NCBI RefSeq assembly: GCF_009834535.1
Contig: NC_045707.1
Span: 45,758,001-45,822,000, forward strand
Reading direction: 5' to 3'
Length of the DNA stretch: 64,000 nucleotides
From: Camelus ferus
Lineage: Eukaryota
Positions 1 through 13,630 of the stretch are shown piece after piece (the first letter of the stretch is position 1; the number at the start of each line of letters is the position of its first letter). Made by a program: the position numbers and the translations under genes. Under the pieces are notes generated by a model. That model worked only from the letters and a program-made list of their open reading frames with translations, did not search any database and was not told where the DNA came from.

Positions 1-99
1 TTGGGGAGACTCTCAGCTGGTATGGGCTGGTGTGGTCAAAACAAGCTAGGCTGGGATGGGAAGAAGGTGTGAATCAGCAGAAATGTGACTTAGGAGACA

Positions 100-1680
100 G
101 CCCGTAGGGTCAGGCGATTGGTTACATATAAAGGACTGAGTAAATAAGCAAGTATATTGAAGATAAAGAGAGCCAAGCTTCTCAAAATCACAAGAGGGGA
201 GGAACAAATATAGAAAGAGGGAAGGCCAGAATAAACTATGTGGTATTGGAATAGAACTGGAAGTATTGGTATGAACAAGCTTATGACATATATGGACAGA
301 TAGATAGAGAAATAGATATAGAAGTGTGTATGTGTATACATGCAGATATATTTCACAGCTCTGTACACTGAAAAGTGGTAAAAGTTATAACATCCCAGTG
401 GCTATAAGCATACCTAGCACCCAGATCTTGGTTTCTTGGTTATTTTCTATTAAAAGGAATGAGGGCTTCTTGGAGATAATGCTGATGTTAGGGCTAGAGG
501 CAAGAAAAGTATGAGACAAAGTAAAGAAGTGCTCAAAGAATGATGGTGACATGAACCACCTTGAATGTGCTCCCTCTGGTTAAACCCTGGACAACTTGAG
601 CAACAATATAATAATAATAAATTATGATCTATTAAATGAAACAAGCATCCATACATCCATACTGATATAAAGAAGTAAATGAGTGGGAAAAGGGGATGCT
701 TAACCTTACAACAGAGTGTCAGCTAGTAAGTGTAAAAGGAAAATGGAATTAGAAAATTACCATTGCCAGCAGGGAGGGTATAGCTCAGTGGCAGAGTGCA
801 TGCTTAGCATGCAGGAGATCCTGGGTTCAATCCCCACCCCGTACCTCCATTACAAAATAATTGAATAGATAAATAAACCTGATTACCTCCCTGCCAAAAA
901 TTAAAAATATTTTAAATAAATAAAAAGAAAATTACCATGAGCAACCATCGCAGTAATACCCAATTCAAGCAAGAACTATCAATGAATGCTAAAATTAGTG
1001 GTTGAAAAAATATTAAGCTAATTTATTTTATTTTATTCATTTTGTTATACAATCTTATGAGTTTAGACAAATTCGACCCATATAACCACCACTACCACCA
1101 CAACCATGATATAGAACAGTTCCATCACCTCAAAATATTTACTTATGTGGCCTCTTTATACCCTATTCCTCCCTCCATATCAAACTCCTAGTAATGATTG
1201 ATATGTTTTCTGTTCTTACTAAATTTTATCATTTTGAGAATGTCATATAAATGGAATCAGTATGTAGTGATTTGAGTTTGGTCTCTCTTGATTAGCATAG
1301 TGCATCATCCATCTTATTGATGTATCAGTAGTTCATTTCTTTTTTATTTCTGAGTAGTATTCCATTGTATTGGATGGATGTAATGGTTTATCTACTTATC
1401 AGCTGAAGAACTCTAGGGCTGTTTCCTGATTTTGATGGTTATACTGAACGTCTGTTTTTCAAAAATGCAAACAGAAGTATTTAGGGGTAAAGGGTTTCAT
1501 GTCTGCATCTTACTCTCAAATGGTTCAGAATAATACCACAAAATTTTTATATACAGATACACAGAGAGATAAGGCAAATGTGGTAGAATGTCAACAACTA
1601 GGGGATCTGGATGAAGGGTACTTAGAATTATTCTTGTGATATTCCTATAAATTTGAAATAACTTTAAAAAAAAGAGATAC
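100..1680. mobile_element. Old L1 (L1MC/L1MB-like) 3'-end fragments, interrupted by the SINE and by an opposite-strand L1 piece
   Basis: Recognisable L1M 3'UTR phrases (catacctagcacccagatcttggtttct; gtcatataaatggaatca; gggatctggatgaagggta); subfamily and boundaries approximate. Confidence 0.6.
771..926 (+). mobile_element. tRNA-derived SINE (camelid vic-1-like)
   Basis: A box TAGCTCAGTGG, TGCTTAGCATGC, B box GGTTCAATCC, A-rich tail; AGAAAATTACCAT occurs on both sides (751-763, 926-938) like a target-site duplication. Confidence 0.85.
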
Positions 1681-3037
1681 ATCTAACTAAAGCACTTGAT
1701 TCTTAAAAAATTCAAATGAACACTTTTATTTCAAGTTGTGTACCCAAAGATACTATGAGCATTTTAGTGAGAAAAGTTTGTGAATATTTGTATCTTAATT
1801 CATATCATTATTACCTATGAGCGAAAGCCACATGTACAGAGGATAATCAAGAAATGGTTCTTGCCCTGCCCAATGATTTGGAAACAAATTTAGTAATAAG
1901 GTTTAAGTGATTGACTAACATTCAACACCTCAGAGGGAGGGGTGAATGGGATGCATATTTAACACCCAGTCTTTAAGTGTTTCTATTTATAGAAAATGTA
2001 CTCAAAAGCTCTAAAGTCATATCAAAAAGTTTAATATGCATAAATATCTGCACACATTAACAATCCATAGCAAATTTATCCTTTAGGGGAAAAATTATTC
2101 ACCATTTACATTTGAGATATAAAGGAAATCTACTGGTAATATTAGTAAATCGCATGTTAACATTTTCTTTGAAAAAAGTTAAGACATTAAACAGAGTATT
2201 GCAGATTTAGCTATAAACACAACAATGACTAACTGGATGATAAAGTGTTAATCACCTTAGGCAGCAATAGAGTTTCTATACGTAAATCTAGTTAACCTCA
2301 TCATAAAGTTCCAAGGGATAAACATTGTACAGACTTATAGCACAAGCTTAAAAATTAATATGCCAAACATTCACAATGAAATTAGTAAAAATAAGTATAA
2401 AATCTGGGTCCAAAGAAAAGCAGTTTTGCAGAAAATTTCAAGACTGCTTTTTTACCTAGCAGTACAAGACACTCCAATGTTACTATTAAATAACGACACA
2501 ATACATTTTAGACCCTTAATAACAAATATGCAGTGCCACCTAATGTAGCATTTGTATAGTATTTTTGAATGAATGAAGTATTTTATCTTAAAAGCAAAAT
2601 TAAATTTCTGGTCCTTGACTATCAAACCCATTATTACTCTAACTGGAAAAGAGTTTCTGGAAGTTCTAACAAAGGAATAATACTATTAAAATCTATTCAT
2701 TTATTTAAGTTTTTTAAAAAGGAGCACTATAGTCGGGGGAAGTACATAATTTGGGGAACTTTCTAATCATGTTCATTTTTCATTTACAAAAATAAGGGCC
2801 AAAACAAAAAACAAAACAAAACAAAACCCCAAAAAACAAACAAACAAAAATCCAGCCAAGACTTTATATTCAGTGTCATATTGTATATGTAAGTTCAATT
2901 TTTTTTTCTTTTAGTAAACTAAGGAATTTTGTCAAGTCATTTTCATCACGAAGACATGAAGTACACCTAATAAAATCCTACCAGAGTGGAATAAACATAT
3001 CTAGTAAGTGTATGCAAAAGAAATCTCTCATAGGTAC

Positions 3038-3231
3038 CTTTTTTATCTGTATTTCCTCGTAGCAATTTGTCCACTTGAGAAATGGCCTCTTCCCAGCAAT
3101 TGTTGCTTGCTTGAACATGGGGCTGAATCAACTTTAACTTCTGTTCTAAGATTTGATAAGCTTCTAATACTAGTTCCTGTGTTTCCTTAGTACAGACAAG
3201 CTTTTCAAGTTCATCTTCAAGAATTATTACC
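3038..3231 (-). CDS. VEZT: Vezatin exon 9 ([21 protein letters not shown]...LLRGNTDKK); gene continues off-window
   Basis: attactcag| acceptor, AAG|gtacct donor; 194 nt, phase 2-1; coiled-coil-like vezatin sequence. Confidence 0.93.
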
Positions 3232-3324
3232 CTGAGTAATAAAGAAAAACAGAAACAGATCTCTAAAATATGAAATAAAATGTATAATTCATGAGACTTA
3301 TTTAAGGAATAATTTTATATCATA

Positions 3325-3460
3325 AAAAAAGGTTCTGGACATGGAAGGTGGTGACAGTTGCATGACACTGTATATGTACTTAATGCCACTTAACTGTATA
3401 CTTAAAAATAGCTAAATGGTAAATGTTATGTTTTATATATATTTCACCACAACTTAAAAA
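3325..3460 (+). mobile_element. L1MB-like 3' terminus
   Basis: ttctgga...ggtggtgacagttgcatgacactgtatatgtacttaatgccact...aaatggtaaatgttatg, followed by an A-rich end. Confidence 0.7.
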
Positions 3461-5717
3461 AACTTATAAAAAGAGTATAATATATTTATTCAACAAATAT
3501 TTCTTGTATATATACCAGGCATTTTACAAACTGAAAGGATAAATCAAACCCATCTCCAACTTATAAGAAACTTATACCAAATCAGGGAAGTTATACACAC
3601 ACATATATAAATGTGATACAATATAATAAAAAGTTAAAACTAACATTTTATTTCCATTTTACAGGTGAGAAATTAGGTCTAGAGAGTTGAAGAAAGTTGC
3701 CCAGGTCATACAGCTGGTGAGCTATAAAGCTGGGCTGAATCTAGGCACAAAATGACAGAGAAATAAAGATAAGGTTATAAGAATTCAGAAGAGGAAGTTA
3801 CTACCAGCTATGTGTAGAGACAGGGGACAGCTAAGGAAGAGTTACTTTTGAGATATATTGAAGGATGGATAAACTCTGCCCACGTACAAAAGATAAGGAA
3901 GGTCATTCTAGATGGTACGTGGGAAAAAGCATTTATGCAGTTTGGCTGGACTGAAGGAAAGGAGTGAGCAATAAAGACAGAAAGCAGACCGCAGTCAGAT
4001 TATGGCAAACTCTTTCCAAAGAATGGTTTATACAGATTTTAGACTAAGCTGCTACACTCCAAAACCAGTGAAGATTTCCAGTTAAGTAAGAAAGCAAATA
4101 AACGCCTCAGAAACATGAACTGGCAGTGAGCACTCTGGAGGCTGGGAGAACGTTAAAGGGTTAATGCCCTCGTGTAGGCAAGGGAGACTGGGCATAGCGA
4201 AGGGGACAAGGGAGAGGGAAGAGTGAAATGCCAAACAAGTTTTTAGAGAACACTTTTATTATCTGTGTGTGGCAGTGCTAAAGAGCAAATCAGCTATGAT
4301 GGTTTGTGACTGATTTATTCTCTACTGAAAATATTTTGAAAGGTGACATATATAGCATATATGGAATATTTCATTTTTAAACAGGAAACATACTTCCCAA
4401 GATCATCCACAATCCCTGACCAAGGTACAAAGCCCTTCTTTGTCATTTTCCCATCCACTGTGACTCCTTCTGAGTCATCTTCCCTAGTGCTAATAATGCA
4501 TTCCATCATGCCCTGTATATTTCTGGGTCTATTGCCAAACATTAATTCTTTATAGACCCTGGCTTTGCCTAACACAACCGTTTCACTGAAATCCTGTTTT
4601 CCCCTCATGATGATCCCACTTTTGCCACCCACTCAAGTAGAGATTGCCTTATCTCCCAAATTCCCTGTGGGAGACAGGAATTTGCTTTCTTAGAACAGCA
4701 GCAAATGAACACAGAAACGTCCTAGCCTCAGTTTCTTATTTTTCCCCTATGTCCTAACCTTTACATCAACCTTATAACCTATCTCAGACCTTGAACTGGT
4801 GGATAAAAACTTATCTTCCTAAAATGTCTTTCTGACTTTAATTTCCTCTCCTTGTACATCACATCCTTCTTCACTCCAGTAAACTAGCCTCTTGATTTCC
4901 GAGATGTCAAGTCCTTTTCACCCACTTTCTTATCTTACAAAATCAAGTGTTGCCTCCCCCTTCCACTTCTTGCCTGGTATCCAAGGTCAAGTATATCAAC
5001 TACAATCTTCTCAACTCATTAAATTTTGATGACCTTGCCCTGATTACAACACAACGTAAACCCAATCATTAATTTGATCCAGTCCTATACTATGAGTATC
5101 TGTTACAGAAAAATTTCACTGGAATGACTAGACCCTACATTTTACTAAGGCAGAGTACCAACAATACCATGCAAAGTACAAAATCAACAAATATAAACTA
5201 TGGGCCCTACGTTTTACTATTCAGTTGAGGCCAAAAGAAAATGTTCTGTGCCCAGAAAAATGTCCAAACCTGCTTTAATTTATTCAGAAAAATAGCAATA
5301 TATTACTCTTTAACTATATATAACAATACTTATAATTTACTGTTCCAGTGCCAGTAAATGCTTCTCTTAGATTGTAGGTTCCAGTTTAAGAGCCCTACTT
5401 AAAAGAGTTAAAACAAGCTTGCACTTTGTATACTTCTCCATTTCAGCTCTCAGAATGAACAACATGTTTTTGTCTCACATTTCTAGGTTTTCTGTTGAAA
5501 TCAGGAAAAGTAAAAACTATAAATGACCCTCCACCCCCATTACAGTCCTTATAATCACTATTTGTCTGCTACATTTGTAGCTATACACCATCCTTCGAGC
5601 TCCAAGTCTCAATTTTGCTGCTTCTTTTTAGCTAGGACACAAGCCAACAACTGCAATGGCACAAGGATGAAGCCTGCTAATCACAGGGACATTTCCTTAC
5701 ATGACTTCTAAACTTAC

Positions 5718-6049
5718 TCATTCAGTAATGCTTTCAGATGGAGCTGCAGGCTGCGTACTGCTGTGTGAACATTATTCAGTTCTCTTGACTTCTGTTGAGT
5801 TTTGGATAAACGCTGGGGTCCTGACTGGTGCTGAGTTTCAAAGTACCGATAGAACTCATAGCTGCGCTTAAGCTCTTCCAAGCAGGCAGAATGAGCATGA
5901 GGTAGACCTTGAGTCACATCAGATAAAATACGATGAGGCAAAAGTGCTGGAGTAAGTAAGGGCCCAGGAGGTGAATTAGCCGTAGAAAGTAATAGGGCTA
6001 ACCGTCTGAAGAACTCTGAACTCTGTGCCACCCAGAGTTGGAATAAAAC
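5718..6049 (-). CDS. VEZT: Vezatin exon 8 ([21 protein letters not shown]...LKALLNE)
   Basis: Polypyrimidine tract and tttttag| acceptor, GA|gtaagt donor; 332 nt, phase 0-2; matches ORF 5714..6031. Confidence 0.96.
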
Positions 6050-6984
6050 CTAAAAAAAGAAGAAAGAAAGAAAGGAAGAAAGGACTAGATCAATAAAAAA
6101 TTCAACACAAACTACAGATTTGTTTATCTTAACTTCTGGTTTAAATTTTTCACTTTATCCTACATAACGAATATAGCTGAGCTTGAACTAACCTAAGGCT
6201 AATGAAGAATATAACATCAAATAATGTAGTCATGGCTCATGGGAACTTCTGATCCCAATATAGCAGCTAATGCCAGTATATAATATAGTACAGTTCTACC
6301 CTAAAAGGGGAGTGTTGATAGAATGAGACATCTATTAGAAGTTAATGCTCCTTGATGAATTATTTTAAAAATTTATGAAAAGGAGAAAAAGAGACAGTGG
6401 GAATGATGGACCTATTTAAGTCCACAGAAATGAGTCATTGATGAATCCACAGTTTGGGGCTCAAAATTACACCATGATTTTGGCCTAGGAAATAGCTAAG
6501 AAATAGCATAAAAATCAGTCCCACAGTGATCATACTCAGGAATGTCTGTCATGAGGATCTACAACACCCATTCTCGAAAGATACACCATGACTCCAGACA
6601 GCAAAGGATTTCTCCAGTCCTATGCAAGAGGACATCAAACAAACAAGTGAACGAGGAAACAATCTAGCATGAACAAGAGTTAGCAAACAACAAAAAGAGG
6701 ATTGAACCACTTTGGATAATATAGATTCTAATTTTTTATAACCATGAAAATGGACATTATTTAAACTTTTATTAAATGAATTTTAAAATTATGCAAATAA
6801 TAAATTAAGATAATTTAATGTAAAGCTATTTTACTATTAACTCATTTTTTAAATGAGCAAGGCCAAAATTCCAAATCACTAAAGATACACTACCTAGGAA
6901 TTCCTAAATATAAATACAAGCTTATCTCACAAGTCTTCTTATTTAACCGTCAGATTTTGTTACTACAACGATTTTTATTCCTTT

Positions 6985-7790
6985 ATTTGTTCATTCAGCA
7001 AATATTTCCTGAGCACCTACGATGTGCCACGCAGTATTCTGGGTACTAATATAGCAGAGAGTAAAACTGAAAAATATCCCTGTGCTGATGGAGCTTATAT
7101 TCAAGTAGGGGGCAATAGATAATAACAAGTAGAAGATAATTTTTTGGCTGATGGGGTATGGGGAAAACATAGCAGGAAAGGGGAATAGCAAATGTGTGTT
7201 TGTGGTGTACACGTGGGATAGGGATAGGGAGTGTGAAGCGGAGGGAAAGAGGGGTGGCCAGGAGGGTCTCTAAAAAAAGTGCCATCTGAAGGAATTGAGC
7301 CACCATGAGAGAAGGGAGTTCCGGAGAGCAGGAGGTTCAAGCGCACAGTCCTGTGGTAGGAGTGTACTTGGCACACCTGAGGAATACCAGGGTCCGTGTG
7401 GCTGGGGCATAGTCAACGAGCGGGAGCAGGATAAGAGATGAAGTCAATGAAGTAACCCTGGTTTTTACTCTAAGAGAAGTGGGGAGCCACTGAAGGGTTC
7501 TAAGCAGAAGAGTTATAACATCTGAGTTGTGCTTTAACAGGATCATTATGGTTGCTGTGTTGAGAGATAGGGAGGTGAGTAAGTTAGGAGGTTACTGCAG
7601 TAAGTTGAGAGTTAATAAGGTAGCTCATACCACAGTGGTTAGGGGTAAGAGGTAAGCAGAGGTCAGACTCTGGATATATTGTGAAAACAGAACTGACAGA
7701 ATCTCTTGACAGTTTGTTTATGAGGGTAAGTGTTAACAAGGATCATTCCAGAGTTTTGGGCCACAGCAACTTAAAAAACAAAGTTGGCAT
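6985..7790 (-). mobile_element. LINE-2 3' fragment
   Basis: ttcattcagcaaatatttcctgagcacctacgatgtgcc = reverse complement of the L2 tail, followed by typical L2 body (ggggagccactgaagggttctaagcaga). Confidence 0.8.
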
Positions 7791-10700
7791 AGGTTACTGC
7801 CATTTTAAGAAAGACTAAGTTATTACCTAATCACTACCAAATTATCCAATTAAACCAATTCAGAAATATATGTTTGTTTGTTTTTTTTCTGTTTGCTCTT
7901 TGAATAAAGGAGGCTGCTCTAGATGAGAAGATAACCATAGTTTAATGGGCAATTAGGAAATTTCGATTTAAATCATTTTCATAAAATGTAGATTTATTTT
8001 TTAAAGCAGGAAATATACTAATTTATAATAGTAATAATTTAAAAACTAGTTAAAATTTTACACAAAGAATAAGAGCTCTGTACTAAATATTTTACACATG
8101 TCTCCTCAGGATGCAATTAGGAAGTTGCTTTCCTTTCCAAAGATGCTGCACTTGCTATTACTGCTAAGCTTTCCTGAGGGAAGATATGTAAACAATTAAA
8201 AAATATATATTTTCTTTATAGGATATAATGAAGATTACAAAGGAAAACAAAAGGCCCTGATTTATGTATAAACCATCTTTCACTACATTTTAAAAAAACC
8301 TTTAATTAGTCTTGTTCTTTTGAGAAAGAATTTTCTTTTAAAATTTAACTTACCAAAAAAATAAAATAAAATTTAACTTACAAAATCCATTTTAAAATTC
8401 TTTATCTGGGTATAATGGCAACTGTACAAGGTGGCACTACACAGTTTTTGAATACTACTGGGGTTTTCAGCAGTTTATAAACTCTATAAATCTCAAGGCT
8501 TCTTTTAGAGTCCAATATTCTTGGTAACACTACAACAGAATCCAGTTTGGTTATAGACTAGTTATATGTTAAAATAAAGCAAAATTAAAATACTAAAGTT
8601 TGTCTGATTTTCAAAATAACATAGTGAGCAAAAAGGATCCAGCTACAACCAGCATCACTGCTGGTGGGGTGGGGAGATAACAAGTGAACAAGTCACACAT
8701 TTGGGAATAGGTCATATTCGATGCAATTTAAAAAATCAACTAGCATTTATTAATCACTCACTCTGTCTCAGGCATTGCACTGGCAAATGTTTAATTCTTT
8801 AGTGATAAGCAAGATTATCCATCTTTATGAACACAGAAACAATGAGTTGCTCAACACCACATCAGCAGTCAGGTGATAGGTTAGAGTCAAACCTGGAAAG
8901 TCTGATTCTAGGGGGCCCACTTTTTCTCTTTGCTGCCTATACTTGGGCCAAAATATAATTCAGGATTTAATAAGCTTTTTAAAAAGTATAGAGAAATAGA
9001 GAAATCACTGAGACATCTTGATGAGTAAACAAAAATAATCTAAACAGGAAATGAAGAAATAGGATCATAATTCTCCAATTCCTTCTTAAGAGTAACTGCT
9101 ACTACCATTTTGACTTAACCATTATACAACAAGCCCTGTTGTAGGCATTTTGTATGTCTTTTCATTTAATCTAACAATTTGTAGGGCAGGTATGATAACC
9201 CTTTTTTAAAACAGATTATGTATGTTCAAAGAATAACTCACTCAAGGTCAAATGGCTATTAGTGTCAGGGCTAAAATATAAACCTAAGTCTGATCAATTA
9301 CAAAGTCCCTGCTATTTCTTCATTAAGAATCTCCCAAATTGTCCTTTGAAAATAACTTTATTTCTATTACAGAGTAAATCATGGTCACTGTACTGAATTT
9401 AGAAGCAAATGGAATTACTTATAGTGCATCCACCCTAGAGAGTAGCTATTGGTATCTTGGTATTTTCTCAGTCTTTTTTAAAAAACAGCTGTGGCCATAT
9501 TGAATATACATTCATGTAGCCTAAATAAGCAACCTGGTACATAAAGCTTTACTATATTTGAAATCACTTCCTTCAGAAAGATTTGCAGAAGTGGAATTAC
9601 TGATTCAAAGCATATATCATTTTTAAGGCACTCTAAATGTCAAATTGCTTTTTGAAAGAAACTTTAGAGAACTAAGAAGCCTTCTTGAGTAAGAGATGAT
9701 GGCAGCTAGGACTAGAATGGTGGGAAAGGACATGAAAAAAAGTGAATGAGTTTAAAATATATTTTGAAGGTACAACTGACACAAAAATCTACTGAAAGCC
9801 TAGATGTGAGGGGTAAAGAGGTAAGAAGGATGGTACCCAGGTTTCTAGCTTAATAAGTTGTGTGGTGCCATTTCTTGAGATGGGTTAGAATGAGGTTAAG
9901 AATAAGTCAAGGGAAATTTCAAGTAACAGGAAAGAAAAGCCAATAGGAGAACTAGAACTTTTATGTAGATCTGAAAATTTTAAAGATGTAAAAGCTTATA
10001 GAGTTTCAAAACAAAACAGACCTTGAAAAATATACTGTCACATATACTTGCACTGATTTCCATGGTTATCAAGTTTTAAAGATTAGAAATAAAAATAAAA
10101 ATAAATATAAATATAAGAATACTACTGGAAACTTACAATACAGTTTTTGTAACATGCTTTGTATTTTTTTCATGTTATTTTTTCTACTACTAACTCCAAA
10201 GCAATTCACCAAATGAATATACCATAAATCATTACCAATCTCGTATTACTGAACTTTTAATTTGTTACCAATATTTGCTGCTGTAGTAATATTATGAACA
10301 TACTTTGAGTATATCTTTGTACTTTCTGAGATGAATCTGTAAGTTTAAAATTGTTGGCATAAAGGGTACATACCTTTGTGAAGACTGGTGTTAATTGCTA
10401 AAGTGAAGCAGTTTATCCCTGGCAAAATGTTTACTTATTGCTTTTATTTGTTTCTTTCATTACTAAAAAGATTGAATTTTTATCATATTTATTGGCCATT
10501 TCTAGTTCTTCTTTTGTGAATTGGCAATTCATGCACATGACCTATCTTCCAATAGGTTTGACATACCTTAGCATTCTTTATATAGAAAAAAATTCAAGCC
10601 CTTTGTTATAAATCATTGCATTTTCCCCCTGAGCTTATTTACATTTAAAGTATGCAGTATTTAAAGTTTAGAAGTTTAATTCTTACATAGTCAAATATAT

Positions 10701-11161
10701 CCTTTTATGTGGCTTTTAATATCAGAATTAATATAATTCTTATTTAAAACAAGAATTTTTTCATATATTTGGAGATTTTCCAAGAGAAGATGTAAGTCTT
10801 ATAAGTTCTTTACCCATGTTTGTCAAAACAAATGGCTAGTAAATAAAATTACTCATATTGGATTCCTATTATTAAACTCATTTATCTTTAATCCCTAATT
10901 TAACACAGGAAATATGTTATATGTTTTAGTTAGAATTTTAAGTATTTTGATATCAAAATATAAGGATGTCCTCATCCAATCTTCATGATGCTCTGTCTTT
11001 AAAGGCAGCTTCAAATACATCAGTAAGGCTATTATAGTAATGGCACCCAGCAAACAATAAAAGGGCACAGGACAGGGGCACCATTTATGTTCAGAAAGCA
11101 CAGGCACAATCAAATGCATCTATCTTTCTTCTTCAGCTCCTCCCTTCCACAAATGGATTAC

Positions 11162-11309
11162 CTTCAATGCAGGCAGGCTGAAGCCATCTGTAAGGTTATG
11201 TGCTTCCTCTTCTGAAATCTGCTCTTCACTAAGTCCAAGGCCCAGCTCCTTAAAAGGCACCACACAGATGTAGTTGGTTACATTGTCACTCTCAGAGTTC
11301 AGGGGGTAG
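11162..11309 (-). CDS. VEZT: Vezatin exon 7 ([49 protein letters not shown])
   Basis: AC| acceptor, AAG|gtaatc donor; 148 nt, phase 2-0. Confidence 0.94.
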
Positions 11310-12307
11310 GTTAAATTAGGTTAAGGCAATCAACAAAACTGTTTCATTAAAACATAAAGGGTACAACAAAAGTCTTCAAAATACCTTTACTAATCTTCTG
11401 AATTCTGACTGAGGAAATTTATATCAGATTTTTTAAAAAGAAACTAATCTTAAAATCTAATATATTAATATACCTCAAATCTTACAGGAAAGATCTTTAT
11501 ATCCAAAGAATTAAAAGTTAACTCTTCATAAGTGCTAAAGTGCTAATTTAATTATTTTTGACACCTACCTTTTGAAACTGTTTTATGTACTTTATTGTAT
11601 CATGGCTCTCCACATCACTAGCTGACCATTATCTGAAAACATACAACTACTGATACAAGTGACACTAAGCCTTTCTATCTAGGTTGTTTGACATAGACTG
11701 CTGTTCTGTTTCTGCCTTCCTCTTCCTCGTGGGCATCTATCAATGTTATTATGATTCCCACCCTCACCCCCTGTTTTTGTAAAGAACTATATACATACAG
11801 TTGTTGATACCTGAACAATTCTTGCATTTGTCGTATATTCCTATTTGGTCATAGTGTAATAATCTTTTGATATAGTATTAGGTTGAATCTCTAAATATTC
11901 TACTTCAGTATTTTGCTGTCTCCATTTGTGAGGCTGCTCTGTAGTTTTCATTCTTTGCAATACAGCATGTTTTGGAACTGAGACTGTATTATCCGCAGAG
12001 GAGTTTTCTATCCAAACTTTTCTATGGTCTAAAATACTTTGTTTATTTTTTAAACTATAAAACCATCTGGACCAGGGAGATAAACATTTTTTTCATTCAC
12101 ATAGTTTTTGAATAACTAATATATTCACAGGATTAAAAATATTTAAGGGGTATAGTTAAAAACTGCTTCCTACCTTTGTCTCTCAGCCACCTAGTTCCCC
12201 TACCCAAAGGCAAAAGCAATCACTGTTACCTATATCTTGTGTATCCTTCAAGATATTTTATGGATACATACATACATACATAAAAGCAAATCCAAATACA
12301 ATGTATG

Positions 12308-12470
12308 GCAGTGGTAGAGTGTGTGCTTAGCATGCACAAAGTCCTGGTTTCAATCCCCAGTGCCTCCATCAAAAATAAATAAATAAATAAACCTAATTAC
12401 CACCCCCCCGAGACACAAACAACAAAAAAAGTAATAAAATAAAAAATAAAAAATTGAATGTTAAAAAGAT
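12308..12470 (+). mobile_element. tRNA-derived SINE (vic-1-like), 5'-eroded
   Basis: cagtggtagagtgtgtgcttagcatgcac...gtttcaatccccagtgcctcca followed by the same AAATAAACCTAATTACC tail as the copy at 771. Confidence 0.8.
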
Positions 12471-13059
12471 ACATAAGTGTGTGTGTACATGGGGATATGT
12501 GTATGTATGTGTATATACACATTTGCACACACACATACTTATTTATCCCCTAATAATACATACATACATACAATTCCTTCTATGTACAAATGGAAGGGTG
12601 GTATAAATACTGCTCTGTGCACTTTGCTTTTTTTTTTCATTTAACAATATAATTTGGATATCATTCCACAATAGTACATCAAGAACTTTTATCATTTTAT
12701 TATAGCTGTGTATTTTTCATTGTTTCCATATATAACCAGGTGTTTTATTTTTTAAATGGAATTCTTTTCATTACATACCTAATCTCCAGTTTTTTAATTC
12801 TTCCTGGGTCAGTTTGAGATCTGCATTTTGATATGAAATGATCCATTTTTCCTTACATATTCAAAGTTGTGGCACAAAGTTGCATATACTATCCCATTAT
12901 AATAATTTTAATTTCTTCCGTATCTGTGGTTACAACTCTGTTTCATTAAGAATCTTATGTATTTCCCCTCATTTTACTTCAGGCAGGCATGCAAGAGTTT
13001 ATATACCTTATTGATCTTTTCAAAGAAATAACTGGTAAGTTCTTTTTTAATTCCTTAAG

Positions 13060-13630
13060 CATTCTTGTATGGAGAATGTGATCTGGCCCCTGCCTACCTC
13101 TGAATCTCTTCTCATACTCCAACTCCCAACTTATACTGTGCTCCAGTCTTGGAGTATGATGGCCTTCTTTCTATACTCCAATCATGGTAAATTCACTCTG
13201 CCACAAGATTTTTATACTTGTTGGTCCATGTGACTGGAACTTCATCTATGTTCTCATGCAAACCTCAGTTTAAATTGAAGGACTTCCCCATCATCCAGTC
13301 AGAAACAGCAAATCACTCTCTATCCTATTCCCCTGGGTTTTATTTCTTTCTTTACAGTAAATATCTGAAAATCTTCTGTTCATATATATAAACTATCCAC
13401 CAGAAGGAAAATTCCATGAGAACAAGGATCTTGTCTATCTTGTTCACTGCTAGGTCCCCAGTATCTAGGTAAGTGACTGTTACAGGGAACTCATACAATT
13501 TGCAGTCTTCATTAGGACCCCCTCACGAAACTATAAGCTCCCTGAGGCAGGAACCATGTCTATTATGTTGAGCACTGTATATCTAGCAACTAGCGTAATG
13601 CCTAGAATAATATTCACTGAATGAGTAACT
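13060..13630 (+). mobile_element. LINE-2 3' fragments
   Basis: tggcccctgcctacctc...ttccatgagaacaaggatcttgtctatcttgttcactgct; actataagctccctgaggcaggaacc. Confidence 0.7.

Noticed and set aside
771..850. tRNA gene
   Set aside because: A/B boxes are present, but the acceptor stem is degenerate, there is an A-rich tail and flanking duplication, and there are multiple diverged copies, so it is a SINE.
4315..4632. 105-aa minus-strand ORF in VEZT intron 8
   Set aside because: GTG start, no recognisable homology or splice context; likely decayed repeat sequence.
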